From: a virus
Lineage: Duplodnaviria > Caudoviricetes
IMG/VR virus record: IMGVR_UViG_3300022666_000098
Coordinates: 1-28,794 of that record
Reading direction: 5' to 3' (one strand)
DNA: 28,794 nt
Of this stretch, positions 7,727-17,200 are shown in pieces. The notes under the pieces were generated by a model. That model had not been told where the DNA came from. It was given only the letters and a program-made list of their open reading frames with translations, and did no database searches. Position 1 is the stretch's first letter, and the number at the start of each line of letters is the position of its first letter. Position numbers and translations under genes: made by a program.

Positions 7727-8413
7727 ATGTCTCACACCGTGGATTTTGACCCTGCTGCGCCGCTGGATCGGTGCGCGGGGGAGAGCCGGGCGGCACATGA
7801 TGCGCTGCTGGATTACTGGCGCGCCGGCAGCGGGCGCAGCCTGCGGGCCCTTCTCGAACGGTATCGGAATCAGACCGATAGCGAGGCGGGAGCAAACGAG
7901 CCCCCAACCCGGCGCTTTGCGACTCTGTTCGCCTGGTCAGGCAACTATCGCTGGCAGGAGCGTATCGACGCAGCCAGCGTTCTCCAGCAGCGCGCCGAGG
8001 AGCAGGCCAAGCGGGACGCCCTGCGGGCCGAAGCCGAAAAGTGGGCCCGCCGGCAACTGGAGGTGCGGGAGCGGGACTGGCAACAGGCTGACCGCCTGCG
8101 GGGTCTGGCAGACCAGATCATGGATGAGGCGCCGAAGTTCCTCAGAGTGACACAAAAACTCATCCGTGGCAAGGACGGTGAGCCGGACACCATCCTCAAG
8201 ACCGTGGCTCTGGACGCCGGGCTGGCAGTCCGGGCGATGGAACTCAGCAGTAAATTGCAGCGCCTGTCTGCTGAGATGGAGACCGATCACACGCTGACGG
8301 ATACCGTCCAGGCTGAGACCGTAGACGACATCCGCAAACGACGCTGGGAGCAAATCGCCGACGCCCTGGGCGCAGCGCTGGCAACGGAGGCCGACGGGGG
8401 AGCCGATGCGTGA
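7727..8413 (+). CDS. probable terminase small subunit
   Basis: Lies immediately upstream of TerL with a GTGA overlap; HTH-like N-terminus (GRSLRAL...WS..YRWQER) and helical C-terminus. Confidence 0.65.
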   Translation: MSHTVDFDPAAPLDRCAGESRAAHDALLDYWRAGSGRSLRALLERYRNQTDSEAGANEPPTRRFATLFAWSGNYRWQERIDAASVLQQRAEEQAKRDALRAEAEKWARRQLEVRERDWQQADRLRGLADQIMDEAPKFLRVTQKLIRGKDGEPDTILKTVALDAGLAVRAMELSSKLQRLSAEMETDHTLTDTVQAETVDDIRKRRWEQIADALGAALATEADGGADA

Positions 8414-9900
8414 GCAATCCGTTATCACCGACGCTGGCCTTCCTCGTTGAGTACCTCGACCTCCCGGCGGCGACCGGTCTACCGGACGCCAGATGGGAGA
8501 CGTTCCAGCTACGGCACCTTAACAACACATCGCTGTTGGCGATCACCAACAAATCCAGACAGGTTGGCTGGTCGTGGCTGGCGGCATCCGAGGCAGTTGG
8601 CGTTGGCTGCGTCGTGCCGCGGACGACCAGCATTTTCGTCTCGATCAACCAGGATGAGGCCGGCGAGAAAATTCGGTATGCGAAGAGCGTCATTGAGGCG
8701 CTCGACCCAGACGTGCGCCCGAAGCTGGTGATCGACAACCGGCTGGAGCTTGAGTTCGCCAACGGCAGCCGGCTGATCTCGCATCCCTGCCGGCCAGTAC
8801 GCGGCAAAGCCCGCGCCAGGGTCTACCTGGATGAGTTCGCTCACTACGCCAACGACCGGCAAATCTACCAGAGCGCCGTACCAGTCATCAGCAAGGGCGG
8901 CTGCATCCGTATCGGTTCCAGCCCGCTGGGGGCGGGGGGAATGTTCTGGGAAATCTACAGCCAGCAGATCAAACCCTACCCCGGCTACATCCGGGACGCA
9001 ATAACCTGGTGGGCCGTTCTGGCGCTGTGCACCGACGTGCGCCAGGCCAGCCAGCAGGCGCCGGGGATGACCACCGAGGAGCGAGTGCACCGCTTCGGGT
9101 CGCCGAGGCTGGCGGAAATCTACGACAACATGCCGTTGGACGATTTTCAGCAGGAGTACGAGTGCGCCTGGGTGGACGAGTCCACGGCCTGGATCGATTG
9201 GGATTTGCTCCGGCGCAATCAGGCGCTAAGCCAGGAAGGCAACCTGTTCTACCTGCGAGCCAGGACGCCAGACGCTGCGATGCAGGCCGTTGACGACCTG
9301 GCGGCGGCGATCCGTGACGGTCGCTGTGAGCCGGTGCTGGTGGGAGGTGGTGACATCGGTCGCCGACACGATACCACAGACATTGTGCTGCTGGGAAAAT
9401 CAACGACCGGCCAGCTACCGTATCGTTTGGGGATTACCCTCGACCGCCAGGAGTTCGACGTGCAGGCGGCGGTGCTGGACAAAATTATGTCAACGCTGCC
9501 GATCGCGCAAATGCTGATCGACCAGAACGGCATCGGCATGCAACTGGTCGAGTCGGCTGTGCGCCGGTGGGGGTTCCGGGTTCAGCCGGCAGAGTTCACC
9601 AACCCGAACAAGGAGCTCTGGGCGGTGGAGGCCAAAGTCCGCTTCCAGCGCGGCGAGGTTCCGATCCCGACCGACCGGGACTTTGTGTACCAGGTGCACA
9701 GCATTAAGAAAAAAGTTACCGCGGCCAAAAACGCTGTCTTTGACTGCGACGCATCCGAAAAACACCACGCAGACCAGTTCTGGGCGTACGCCCTGGCGGT
9801 TTGGGCGGCCAAACCGGCGACGGCGGCAGATGAATGGCTGGCGGCGATCCAGCAGCGGCAGCAGAAACCACAACAACAGCAGAGGAGATTAAACAGATGA
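8410..9900 (+). CDS. terL: terminase large subunit
   Basis: Walker A-like KSRQVGWSW, Walker B VYLDEFAH, coupling motif SSP, FQQEYEC, and nuclease motifs GGDIGRRHD, IDQNGIG and HADQFWA. Confidence 0.93.
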   Translation: MSNPLSPTLAFLVEYLDLPAATGLPDARWETFQLRHLNNTSLLAITNKSRQVGWSWLAASEAVGVGCVVPRTTSIFVSINQDEAGEKIRYAKSVIEALDPDVRPKLVIDNRLELEFANGSRLISHPCRPVRGKARARVYLDEFAHYANDRQIYQSAVPVISKGGCIRIGSSPLGAGGMFWEIYSQQIKPYPGYIRDAITWWAVLALCTDVRQASQQAPGMTTEERVHRFGSPRLAEIYDNMPLDDFQQEYECAWVDESTAWIDWDLLRRNQALSQEGNLFYLRARTPDAAMQAVDDLAAAIRDGRCEPVLVGGGDIGRRHDTTDIVLLGKSTTGQLPYRLGITLDRQEFDVQAAVLDKIMSTLPIAQMLIDQNGIGMQLVESAVRRWGFRVQPAEFTNPNKELWAVEAKVRFQRGEVPIPTDRDFVYQVHSIKKKVTAAKNAVFDCDASEKHHADQFWAYALAVWAAKPATAADEWLAAIQQRQQKPQQQQRRLNR

Positions 9901-10199
9901 TCGACACACAGATCGTAGAGGGCATAACCAGGGCGTTCCGGGAGGCCGGGCTTTCCGCCGGCGACCCGGTGCGGAGCCTGGCCTGCAACGCGGCAGATGC
10001 AGCCCGTGTCCGGGAGGTTCTTGGCCTGGCCGGCAGCGACATTCCGCTGTTCGCCTTTGACGGCGTGATGCCTGGGTTCGTGGTGCTGCACCATGCCAGC
10101 GGACAGGTGACAGTCGGGCAACTGTACCCGGTGCACATGCCGAACCGCCACCAGCGGCGTGCAAATGCAGCGCGGCAGCGGCGGACGGTGCACAGATGA
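9897..10199 (+). CDS. hypothetical protein
   Basis: AGGAG RBS; ATGA coupling at both ends. Confidence 0.65.
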   Translation: MIDTQIVEGITRAFREAGLSAGDPVRSLACNAADAARVREVLGLAGSDIPLFAFDGVMPGFVVLHHASGQVTVGQLYPVHMPNRHQRRANAARQRRTVHR

Positions 10200-10444
10200 G
10201 TACGCTGCAAACCATTGTAGAGGGATACTATAGCCAGCCCGGCAGGTCATGCCCGAATCTGACTGAGACCGAGAACGCAATCCGCCAGGCGGCGGAGGAG
10301 CTCTGCCCAGGCAATGTGTCTGGTCTGATGCTGGCGCTGGTGGTGTACTGCGCTTATCACGGCATCGACCCCGTGGGGGTCATGCTGGATCAGATGCGCG
10401 CAGCAGGATACGAGCCGCCTGTAACGGTCATCCCGCACGTATAG
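10196..10444 (+). CDS. hypothetical protein
   Basis: ATGA coupling to the upstream ORF. Confidence 0.6.
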   Translation: MSTLQTIVEGYYSQPGRSCPNLTETENAIRQAAEELCPGNVSGLMLALVVYCAYHGIDPVGVMLDQMRAAGYEPPVTVIPHV

Positions 10445-10465
10445 GATTAGCTGACTAATGCCAGA
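10440..10465. repeat. 26-bp palindromic site, copy 3
   Basis: TATAGGATTA-GCTGAC-TAATGCCAGA; spans a stop codon and the next start codon. Confidence 0.7.
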
Positions 10466-10676
10466 GAAACTGCCAGACGAACTTGCGGCGCGCCTCGCGT
10501 GCCTGATGGAACCGTACCAGTGGTATGAGTTCCTGCGCGTGTGCGAAGCCAGCCGCGACCTGGGGAACGGGTACGCCGAGGTGACCGCGATATTTCGGCC
10601 TGGAGCGGTTGACATCCGATCCCAGATCACGGTCAAGCCCCGGCCAGACCAGTCCGGGATGTTGCGCCGCGGGTGA
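10458..10676 (+). CDS. small hypothetical protein
   Basis: AGGA upstream; co-directional with the operon. Confidence 0.6.
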   Translation: MPEKLPDELAARLACLMEPYQWYEFLRVCEASRDLGNGYAEVTAIFRPGAVDIRSQITVKPRPDQSGMLRRG

Positions 10677-10690
10677 CGGCATTATATACT
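10662..10690 (+). promoter_or_regulatory. sigma70-type promoter lacking the CGCACGC element
   Basis: TTGCGC (10662-10667), 17 nt, TATACT (10685-10690). Confidence 0.6.
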
Positions 10691-10696
10691 CTGGCC

Positions 10697-10882
10697 GGAT
10701 AAATTATTTTTTAAATGGACAGCGTGGACAGCGCGGATAGACGGCAAGGGCCCACAGGCGGAGAGTAGGGAGCAGGCCCCGGCGCGGTGGAAGGCCGCAC
10801 CTCTGGCGAGGTTTAAAGCCGGGTTCATCTCCTTTCCCGGCCAAGCAAAACGGTGAGTCGGTATATCCGGCCACCGTTTTTG
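10697..10882 (+). ncRNA. candidate structured small RNA, about 185 nt
   Basis: Bounded by a promoter and a terminator; contains several hairpins and only a 17-codon ORF with no RBS. Confidence 0.45.
10847..10882 (+). terminator. intrinsic terminator
   Basis: AAAACGGTG-a-GTCGG-tatat-CCGGC-CACCGTTTT-T. Confidence 0.7.
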
Positions 10883-10884
10883 CG

Positions 10885-10977
10885 TTGCCCGGCGGCTACC
10901 CGCACGCTATACTCATCTCAGCTTGTCGGTGGCGTTGATCCCGGAGCGGCGTGTATGCGCCGTTCCGGTTTTTGTTT
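10885..10977 (+). promoter_or_regulatory. phage promoter repeat, copy 3, with conserved leader and terminator
   Basis: TTGCCC-17-TATACT; 10900-10946 is identical to 18175-18221 (47 bp); hairpin 10941-10968 followed by TTTTTGTTT. Confidence 0.85.
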
Positions 10978-10993
10978 GTGTAGGAGGTTCGCT

Positions 10994-11467
10994 GTGAAAA
11001 AGTTTTTCTGTGTACTGTTGCTCGTGGGGCTTATGCTTGCATTCATGGCCCCGGTCGCGTCCGTCCCCGCCGTCTATGCCCAGGCTGACCAGCCGGCAGC
11101 CGGCGATCCGGCGGCGGAAGAGCCGTTGCCGCTGGACGGCTACCTGGCGCAGTTCTTCGGGCTGGCCGGCGTCGGCGGCCTGGTGGCGCTGGCCGTAAAC
11201 GTCGGCAAATCTGCCGGCTGGATCAAGGACGGTCAGGCGCCGACTTACAAAACCATTATCAACCTGGTGCTGTTCGTCGCCTTCGTCGTCTTGCGCATTT
11301 TTAAACCCGACGTGGACATGGCCGGGCTGGACGGCAATGCGGCTACGCTAGCGGAAATCGGGATGCTGGCGCTCGGGTTTGTCGTCCAAAACTTCGGCAG
11401 CCTGGCGGGGCACAAGAGTGTGCGTGGCGCGGCGCTGATCGGAAAATCATACAGCGCCCAGGGCTAA
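10994..11467 (+). CDS. holin-like membrane protein with an N-terminal signal peptide
   Basis: AGGAGG RBS and GTG start; signal-like N-terminus ending AVYA-Q; three further hydrophobic helices; basic C-terminus. Confidence 0.6.
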   Translation: MKKFFCVLLLVGLMLAFMAPVASVPAVYAQADQPAAGDPAAEEPLPLDGYLAQFFGLAGVGGLVALAVNVGKSAGWIKDGQAPTYKTIINLVLFVAFVVLRIFKPDVDMAGLDGNAATLAEIGMLALGFVVQNFGSLAGHKSVRGAALIGKSYSAQG

Positions 11468-11468
11468 C

Positions 11469-11735
11469 ATGTTGGCAGACAGCATGACGCTCCTGTGCGT
11501 CGTGCTCGCTGTCGTATCGTTCGTGGTCAACTCTATGTATTGCCTGCGGCGGCGGTGGCGAGCGCGCTCCATGTTACACGCGCTGATGGCGGCGGCCTCG
11601 CTGTTCGCCGCCGCGGCGCTTACCGTGTACGGTTTGCGGATTGCGAGCATGCAGGACGCGGCCGGTTATTTGTTGTTGTTGGCGATGGCTTTTTTATTGG
11701 CCGTGGCGATGGCTGATGGGATAGTCGATCTATGA
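11469..11735 (+). CDS. small 3-TM membrane protein
   Basis: Tightly packed in the operon; three hydrophobic stretches. Confidence 0.6.
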   Translation: MLADSMTLLCVVLAVVSFVVNSMYCLRRRWRARSMLHALMAAASLFAAAALTVYGLRIASMQDAAGYLLLLAMAFLLAVAMADGIVDL

Positions 11736-12154
11736 CCACCATGTACATAGTGCAGATGATCGTGACGCTTTTGACCGGGATCGCCGGCCTGTCCGGTCTG
11801 GTGGTGGCGCTGATCGAGCGTCGAAAAAAACACGCCGAGGCCAGGGAGATCGAGCAGCGGATAGAGACCGACTACGCTGCCCGCATCTCTGACACGGCGA
11901 TGGCGCTGATCGAACCGTTGCGGCGGCAGATCGAGAGCCAGTCAGCGCAGATCGCTGCGCTGGAGGAGCGCCTGGAGAAAGCGGACGGGAAGATCGCCCG
12001 CATCGAACGACAGCTTGAGCGCTCGATGCGCCGGATCAGCTACCTCATGGGGGGGATAGACGCCCTCCTGCGGCAAATCAACAGTCTCCAGGCCGTCCCG
12101 GTGTGGACGCCGGACGCCTGGAGCTTGGAGGATGGACAAGATGGGCATTCGTGA
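11732..12154 (+). CDS. N-terminal TM plus coiled-coil protein (lysis-cassette type)
   Basis: ATGA coupling; TM segment followed by a heptad-rich region (QIAALEERLEKADGKIARIE). Confidence 0.72.
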   Translation: MTTMYIVQMIVTLLTGIAGLSGLVVALIERRKKHAEAREIEQRIETDYAARISDTAMALIEPLRRQIESQSAQIAALEERLEKADGKIARIERQLERSMRRISYLMGGIDALLRQINSLQAVPVWTPDAWSLEDGQDGHS

Positions 12155-14273
12155 CGCGTTTTCCGGTTTCTGGTCGGGGTTGACCCGCCACGCCGTCCCT
12201 GTGGTGGATGCAAAAAATCAACCGCCAACCCAGGCGAGCATCCCGCGATCATGGTCAAACGCCTGGATGGGTCCCGGCCAGCCGATGGCCGGCATGGTCA
12301 CCACCGATAACGCCCGCGCGTACGGGGCGAGCAAGGAGCCGCGAACGTTCGAATACACCCCGAACGTCAACGCAACCATCAGCCCGCGCTCTGCGTACGG
12401 GCTGCTCCCGTTCTCCGAGCTCCAGACCCTGGCAGAGACCGTGCCAGACGTGGCGATGTGCATCCGCATCCTGACCGAAGAACTCAAGGCGTTTACCCCG
12501 CGCATCCTCGACCCGGATGGGGTAGAGTGCAAAGACCCTGCACTCAAATGGATGACGACCCGGCCAGACGGTTTCAACCCCTGGCCGGTGTGGCTGTCAC
12601 GCTTCCTGTACAACACGCTGGCGTATGACGCCGGCGCGCTGTACCGACCGCGTGTCGGCAACAAGATCACCGCCCTAAGGGTGATCGACGGCAGCACCCT
12701 GTTTGCGCTGATCGACGAACGCGGCGAGCAGCCGGCCCCGCCCGCCCCGGCGTTCATGCAGGTCATCTACGGCGTGCCGCGCAACTATTTCAACACATAC
12801 CAAATCTGGTATCGCCCGCGCCACTTGCGCGCCGATGCGCCCTACGGTCGCACTGCCATCGAGGATGCCCTGGAGGCCGTGTACCTGCTGCGTAACCTGT
12901 GGAGCTACGAGCAGTCCTGGTACACCGAGGGTTCTACGCCAGAACAGGTTCTCACTGCGCCGGAGGCCTGGACACCTGAGCAAATCCTGGCCTTCGAGGA
13001 GGGCTTCAACGCCAAAATGGCCGGCAACACCGAGGAGCGCGCCGGGCGCATCCGCTTCCTGCCCGGCGGCACGCAGTCGCTGGCTTTGAAAGACGCTGGC
13101 TGGCGTCAGGATGTGTATGACGCTGGCGCAAACACGGTGCGCATGGCGTTCGGCATCCCGCGCACCGAGTTCGGCGAGAGCCCAGGCAGCGGTCTGGGTG
13201 GGTCTGGCTTTTTAGAGGCGATGCAGAACAACTTCTACCGCATGGGGATTGCTCCCCTTCGGGCCTATATTGAGTCGCCGTTCAACGATGCGCTGGATGA
13301 AAACGGGTACCGCGGGTACACGATGGAGCTCGCCTTCCCGCGCGAGAGCATTGACCCGCAAAAAGAGGAGGAGCGCGCTATCAACCGCTTCACCCAGGGC
13401 CTCATCACCCGCAACGAGGCCCGGCAGATGGTCGGGCTGGACGAAATCCCCGGCCCTGCCGGCGAGTACCTGGTGGATGTCGGCCCCGGCCAGCCGGTGA
13501 CCGATGATGCAATCCCTGTCAGTCCGCGCATTGGGGCTGGGCCAGGACTGGCGAGCGGCAGCATCCCGGTGACGGACAAAATCATGGTGCGCAGCGGCGG
13601 CCCGACTATTCCTGTCGCCGGTGGGAAAATACCGGTCGGCGGCGGTGATGACGGCACGGTCACGATCTCGCAGCCCATCCAGGTGCGCAAGGTCGCCGGC
13701 GTGGACGTGGAAGACGATGCCTACTTCGGCCTACCGGTCACCGTGTCGGGCAACACGGCGACCATCTCCGGCGGCAAAATGCCGGACAGGCAGGCGATCT
13801 ACCTGCCGGGGGAGGGAGCGGCAGCGGAGGCGGTCTATCTGATCGACCGCCAAATTGCGCCGGACGATCAGCGCTACCTGGTGCCGGTGGCCTGGAGACA
13901 GGGAGACGGCCTGGTGATGATGCCTATTGACGCCAGGGTATCCTCGACGCTGGACTACACCCCGGCTATGAGCGAGCAGGCGGCAGTTCTGGACTACATT
14001 GCCGGCATCGAGCGCCAGACATGGTATACGCACCCGACTGACCCCGGTCGTCCGGTACTGGACTACGGCGTGGGTAGATTCTCAAACCCAAAATCGCCGT
14101 TCATCCACCAATGGAGCGGCAAAGACCTGTCCGCAGACATGCGCCAGAGCCTGGACGCGTTGGTAGGCGATAGCGTGTTATGGCAGGACGTGGCGGAGTG
14201 CGTTGGCGAGGACGCAGCGCAGGCAGCGCGCCGCCGCGCCGTGGAGTTGCAGACAACCGGCAGGATGGTCTGA
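12132..14273 (+). CDS. portal protein with a long C-terminal extension
   Basis: HK97-type portal motifs VAMCI, LRVIDG, YGRTAIE, AFGIP..EFG and GLITRNEARQMVGL. The start could be 12141. Confidence 0.9.
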   Translation: MDKMGIRDAFSGFWSGLTRHAVPVVDAKNQPPTQASIPRSWSNAWMGPGQPMAGMVTTDNARAYGASKEPRTFEYTPNVNATISPRSAYGLLPFSELQTLAETVPDVAMCIRILTEELKAFTPRILDPDGVECKDPALKWMTTRPDGFNPWPVWLSRFLYNTLAYDAGALYRPRVGNKITALRVIDGSTLFALIDERGEQPAPPAPAFMQVIYGVPRNYFNTYQIWYRPRHLRADAPYGRTAIEDALEAVYLLRNLWSYEQSWYTEGSTPEQVLTAPEAWTPEQILAFEEGFNAKMAGNTEERAGRIRFLPGGTQSLALKDAGWRQDVYDAGANTVRMAFGIPRTEFGESPGSGLGGSGFLEAMQNNFYRMGIAPLRAYIESPFNDALDENGYRGYTMELAFPRESIDPQKEEERAINRFTQGLITRNEARQMVGLDEIPGPAGEYLVDVGPGQPVTDDAIPVSPRIGAGPGLASGSIPVTDKIMVRSGGPTIPVAGGKIPVGGGDDGTVTISQPIQVRKVAGVDVEDDAYFGLPVTVSGNTATISGGKMPDRQAIYLPGEGAAAEAVYLIDRQIAPDDQRYLVPVAWRQGDGLVMMPIDARVSSTLDYTPAMSEQAAVLDYIAGIERQTWYTHPTDPGRPVLDYGVGRFSNPKSPFIHQWSGKDLSADMRQSLDALVGDSVLWQDVAECVGEDAAQAARRRAVELQTTGRMV

Positions 14274-17200
14274 TGGCCCGGCGGTTGTCGACCCGGCAAC
14301 GTCGCCTGATGGCGGCCAGGGCGCAGATCGAGGCAGACCTGGCCGTCGCCGTGTACCAGGAGATGGTCGTCCTGTGGCGGAGTCTGTACCCGTCTCTGCG
14401 CCGGCTGGCCGAGCAGCGCCCGGATATGACGCTCGGGAAACGCCGGCTGCGCAAGGCTACGTTTGCCGGCGCCGGGCTGTGGGAGCAGTTCCAGCAGCGG
14501 CTGGAGCAGCGCCTGACGGCTGCCATTGATAACGGCACAGCCAGCCTCAACGACATCCACAATGCATGGCACCAGTACCATAACGACGGCATGTACAGCG
14601 AGGTCGTGATCGAGCCCGGCGAACTTGTGACCACTCACCGGGCAGAGATCGGGGCCAGGATCAAAAATATCGCCGATCAGACCCGCCGCTCTGTTGGCCG
14701 GGCTGTGGCGGAGTGGTACAACCAGCCAGGCGAGACGCTGGACGACCTGGTCACTACGCTGCAAGCCAACTTCGGCGAGTCTCGGGCGGCAGGGATTGCA
14801 TCAACCGAGACCACATGGCTCAACAGCGCCGTGGTGCGCACACGCATGGAGAAACTCGGTATTGACCGGTGGGTGTGGAGCACCCGCCGGGATGAGATCG
14901 TGTGCCGGTCATGCCGTGAGCGCAATGGCCGTGTATACCACCGTGACGATCCAATGCCGCCGGAGGCGAGCCACCCACGCTGTCGCTGCTCGCCTGTCGA
15001 GGTGGTTGACATGCAGTCTCTGGCGGGCATCCAGCCGAAGCCGGCCTCGGCTCCACCGATGCACCTGACTGCTGCGCCAGAGGAGCAGACGCCGCCGTTC
15101 CTGACCGAGGAGGATAACGCCGCCATCGCGGCGATCTTCAACGCGCCGGACGATGAACCATTGCCGGAAACCGTTCCCCAGCCGCCATCGCCCCCACCGC
15201 CGAAAGCCATTGGCGTTAAACAGTACGTGGAGATCAAGGGCAAGGCCATTACCGGGCAGCCAGTCACAATGGAGGAGTTGGACGCCGCCGAGGTGTTTTC
15301 TCAAAAAACCTGGAAAAAAGGGCAGCCGTGGATTTCAACGGCGAAGGATATTCTCAACCAGCCGCCGCTGCCGCCGCTCACTGTCGGCCAGTACGTGGCG
15401 TTGAGCCAAAAAGCGGTCACCGCACACCTGACGCCGCAGGAAATGGATGCCGTTGAGTCGTTCGCCCTGAAAACCTGGGGCAAGCCGCCGGCGTGGCTGG
15501 CCGGGCATAAGGTAGGTGAGCTAAAGCCGCCGACGCCTGCAAAGGTCAAGGTCAAAAAGCCGGTAGACCTGTCTGCGCCCGTGGTGATCGCCCCGGAGCC
15601 TCCACCGCCCGCGCCGAAGCCGGCATGGCAGACCGCCAGCGGCGGACTGTCGCACGATGCGCTGCGTCAGGTGGATGTACATTCAGCAGAACCAACATGG
15701 AAACTCAAGGTTCCGCCGTACAAGGCGCGCTATGGCGCTGTCCTGATTGACGACGCCGGCAACGTGCTCCTGCGGGAGCCCAAAGGCCACTACGACGGGT
15801 ACGCCTGGACGTTTGCAAAGGGCGGCCCGGACTACGACGGCGAGCATCCGGTCGACGTTGTGGAGCGCGAGGTGCGCGAGGAGACCGGCTACGAGATTGA
15901 GATCGTCGGCATTGTGCCTGGCGGGTTCTCCAGCGGCAACAGCACCAGCTATTTTTTCCTGGCGCGCGCAAAATCGCACAACCCCGGTGCGATGGACAGC
16001 GAGACAACCAGCACGGCATGGGTCACGCCAGAGCAGGCGCAGTCCATGATCGGCCAGAGCACGAATGACGCTGGCCGGCAGCGTGACCTGGCTATCCTGC
16101 ATGCGGCGGTTAACGAGGACACCCGCGTCAAAGCCGGCACGGCGGACTACTCGCATGTGTTCGCCGGCATCACTCCACCGGAGCCGCCAAAGCCTGTACG
16201 GGCTTCCAAGCCAATCCAACAGCGCAACCTGTTTGTCCAGCAGACCGGCTTCCCGACCAGCGTGCAGGGCCTCCAGGTGGTCCAAAAACTCGGCGGATCG
16301 ACCGGGGCGTCGCTGGTGCACGACCCGGAGACCGGAGCCCGATTCGTGATGAAACGCGGCAACAACGCCGGGCACATCCTGGAGGAGGCGTACACCGACG
16401 CCGTGTACCAGGCAGCCGGCGCGCCGGTGCCGGCGTTCCAGCTTTACGAGACCCCATCTGGGCCCGTAAAGCTATCGGCTTACTTACCTAACGCCAGAGC
16501 GCTGGCGGATGCAGGCCCGGAGGAGCGGGCGAAGGCCCACAAGAAACTGCAAGAGCATTTTGCCGTGGATGCACTGGTGGGCAACTGGGATGTGATCGGC
16601 ATGAACGCTGACAACATCCTGGTAGATGATGCCGGCAACGTGCTGCGCATCGACAACGGCGGCGGTCTGCGCACCCGTGCCCAGGGCGCTCCGAAGGGAG
16701 AGGCGTGGAACGAGCACCCGACGGAAATCTGGACGATGCGCGGCGCGGCGAGGGAGAAAACAGACCCGGAGATCGCCGGGGCGAACGGTCAGGCTGTCAA
16801 TGTGTTTGGCGACATGAGCTACCGCGAGATTGGCCGGCAGATGCGGGAACTCGCCAAAAAGCGCGACGCCATCCTGGCCGCTGTGCCGGATGATGTGCGG
16901 GAGGTGCTCAGCAAACGGTTGGATACGATGGAGCATCTCGGCCTGACCCAGGAGCGCATGGACGAATCGAAATGGCAAGAGGCATACCAGGATCGCTTCG
17001 GGCGCAGTGTGGTGGAGATGCGCCGCGGCGGCATCACGAAACGGGCGCCGCTTAAGATGACCACGAAGAAAACTTACGGGAAATGGGATGTGACTGTTCG
17101 CGATGAAAACGGGAAACCGTTTGACAGTTTGCGTGGCAGTGGGTCGTTAGTAGGGTCTGTTTACACCATGATAGATTCCGCCGGCGGAAATAGCCAGATT

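Noticed and set aside
9850-9882. CAG/CAA run at the end of terL
   Set aside because: Low-complexity Gln-rich tail; not a repeat array.
10790-10845. tRNA-like GGTTCA arm in the candidate sRNA
   Set aside because: No acceptor stem, D arm or 7-nt T loop can be built.
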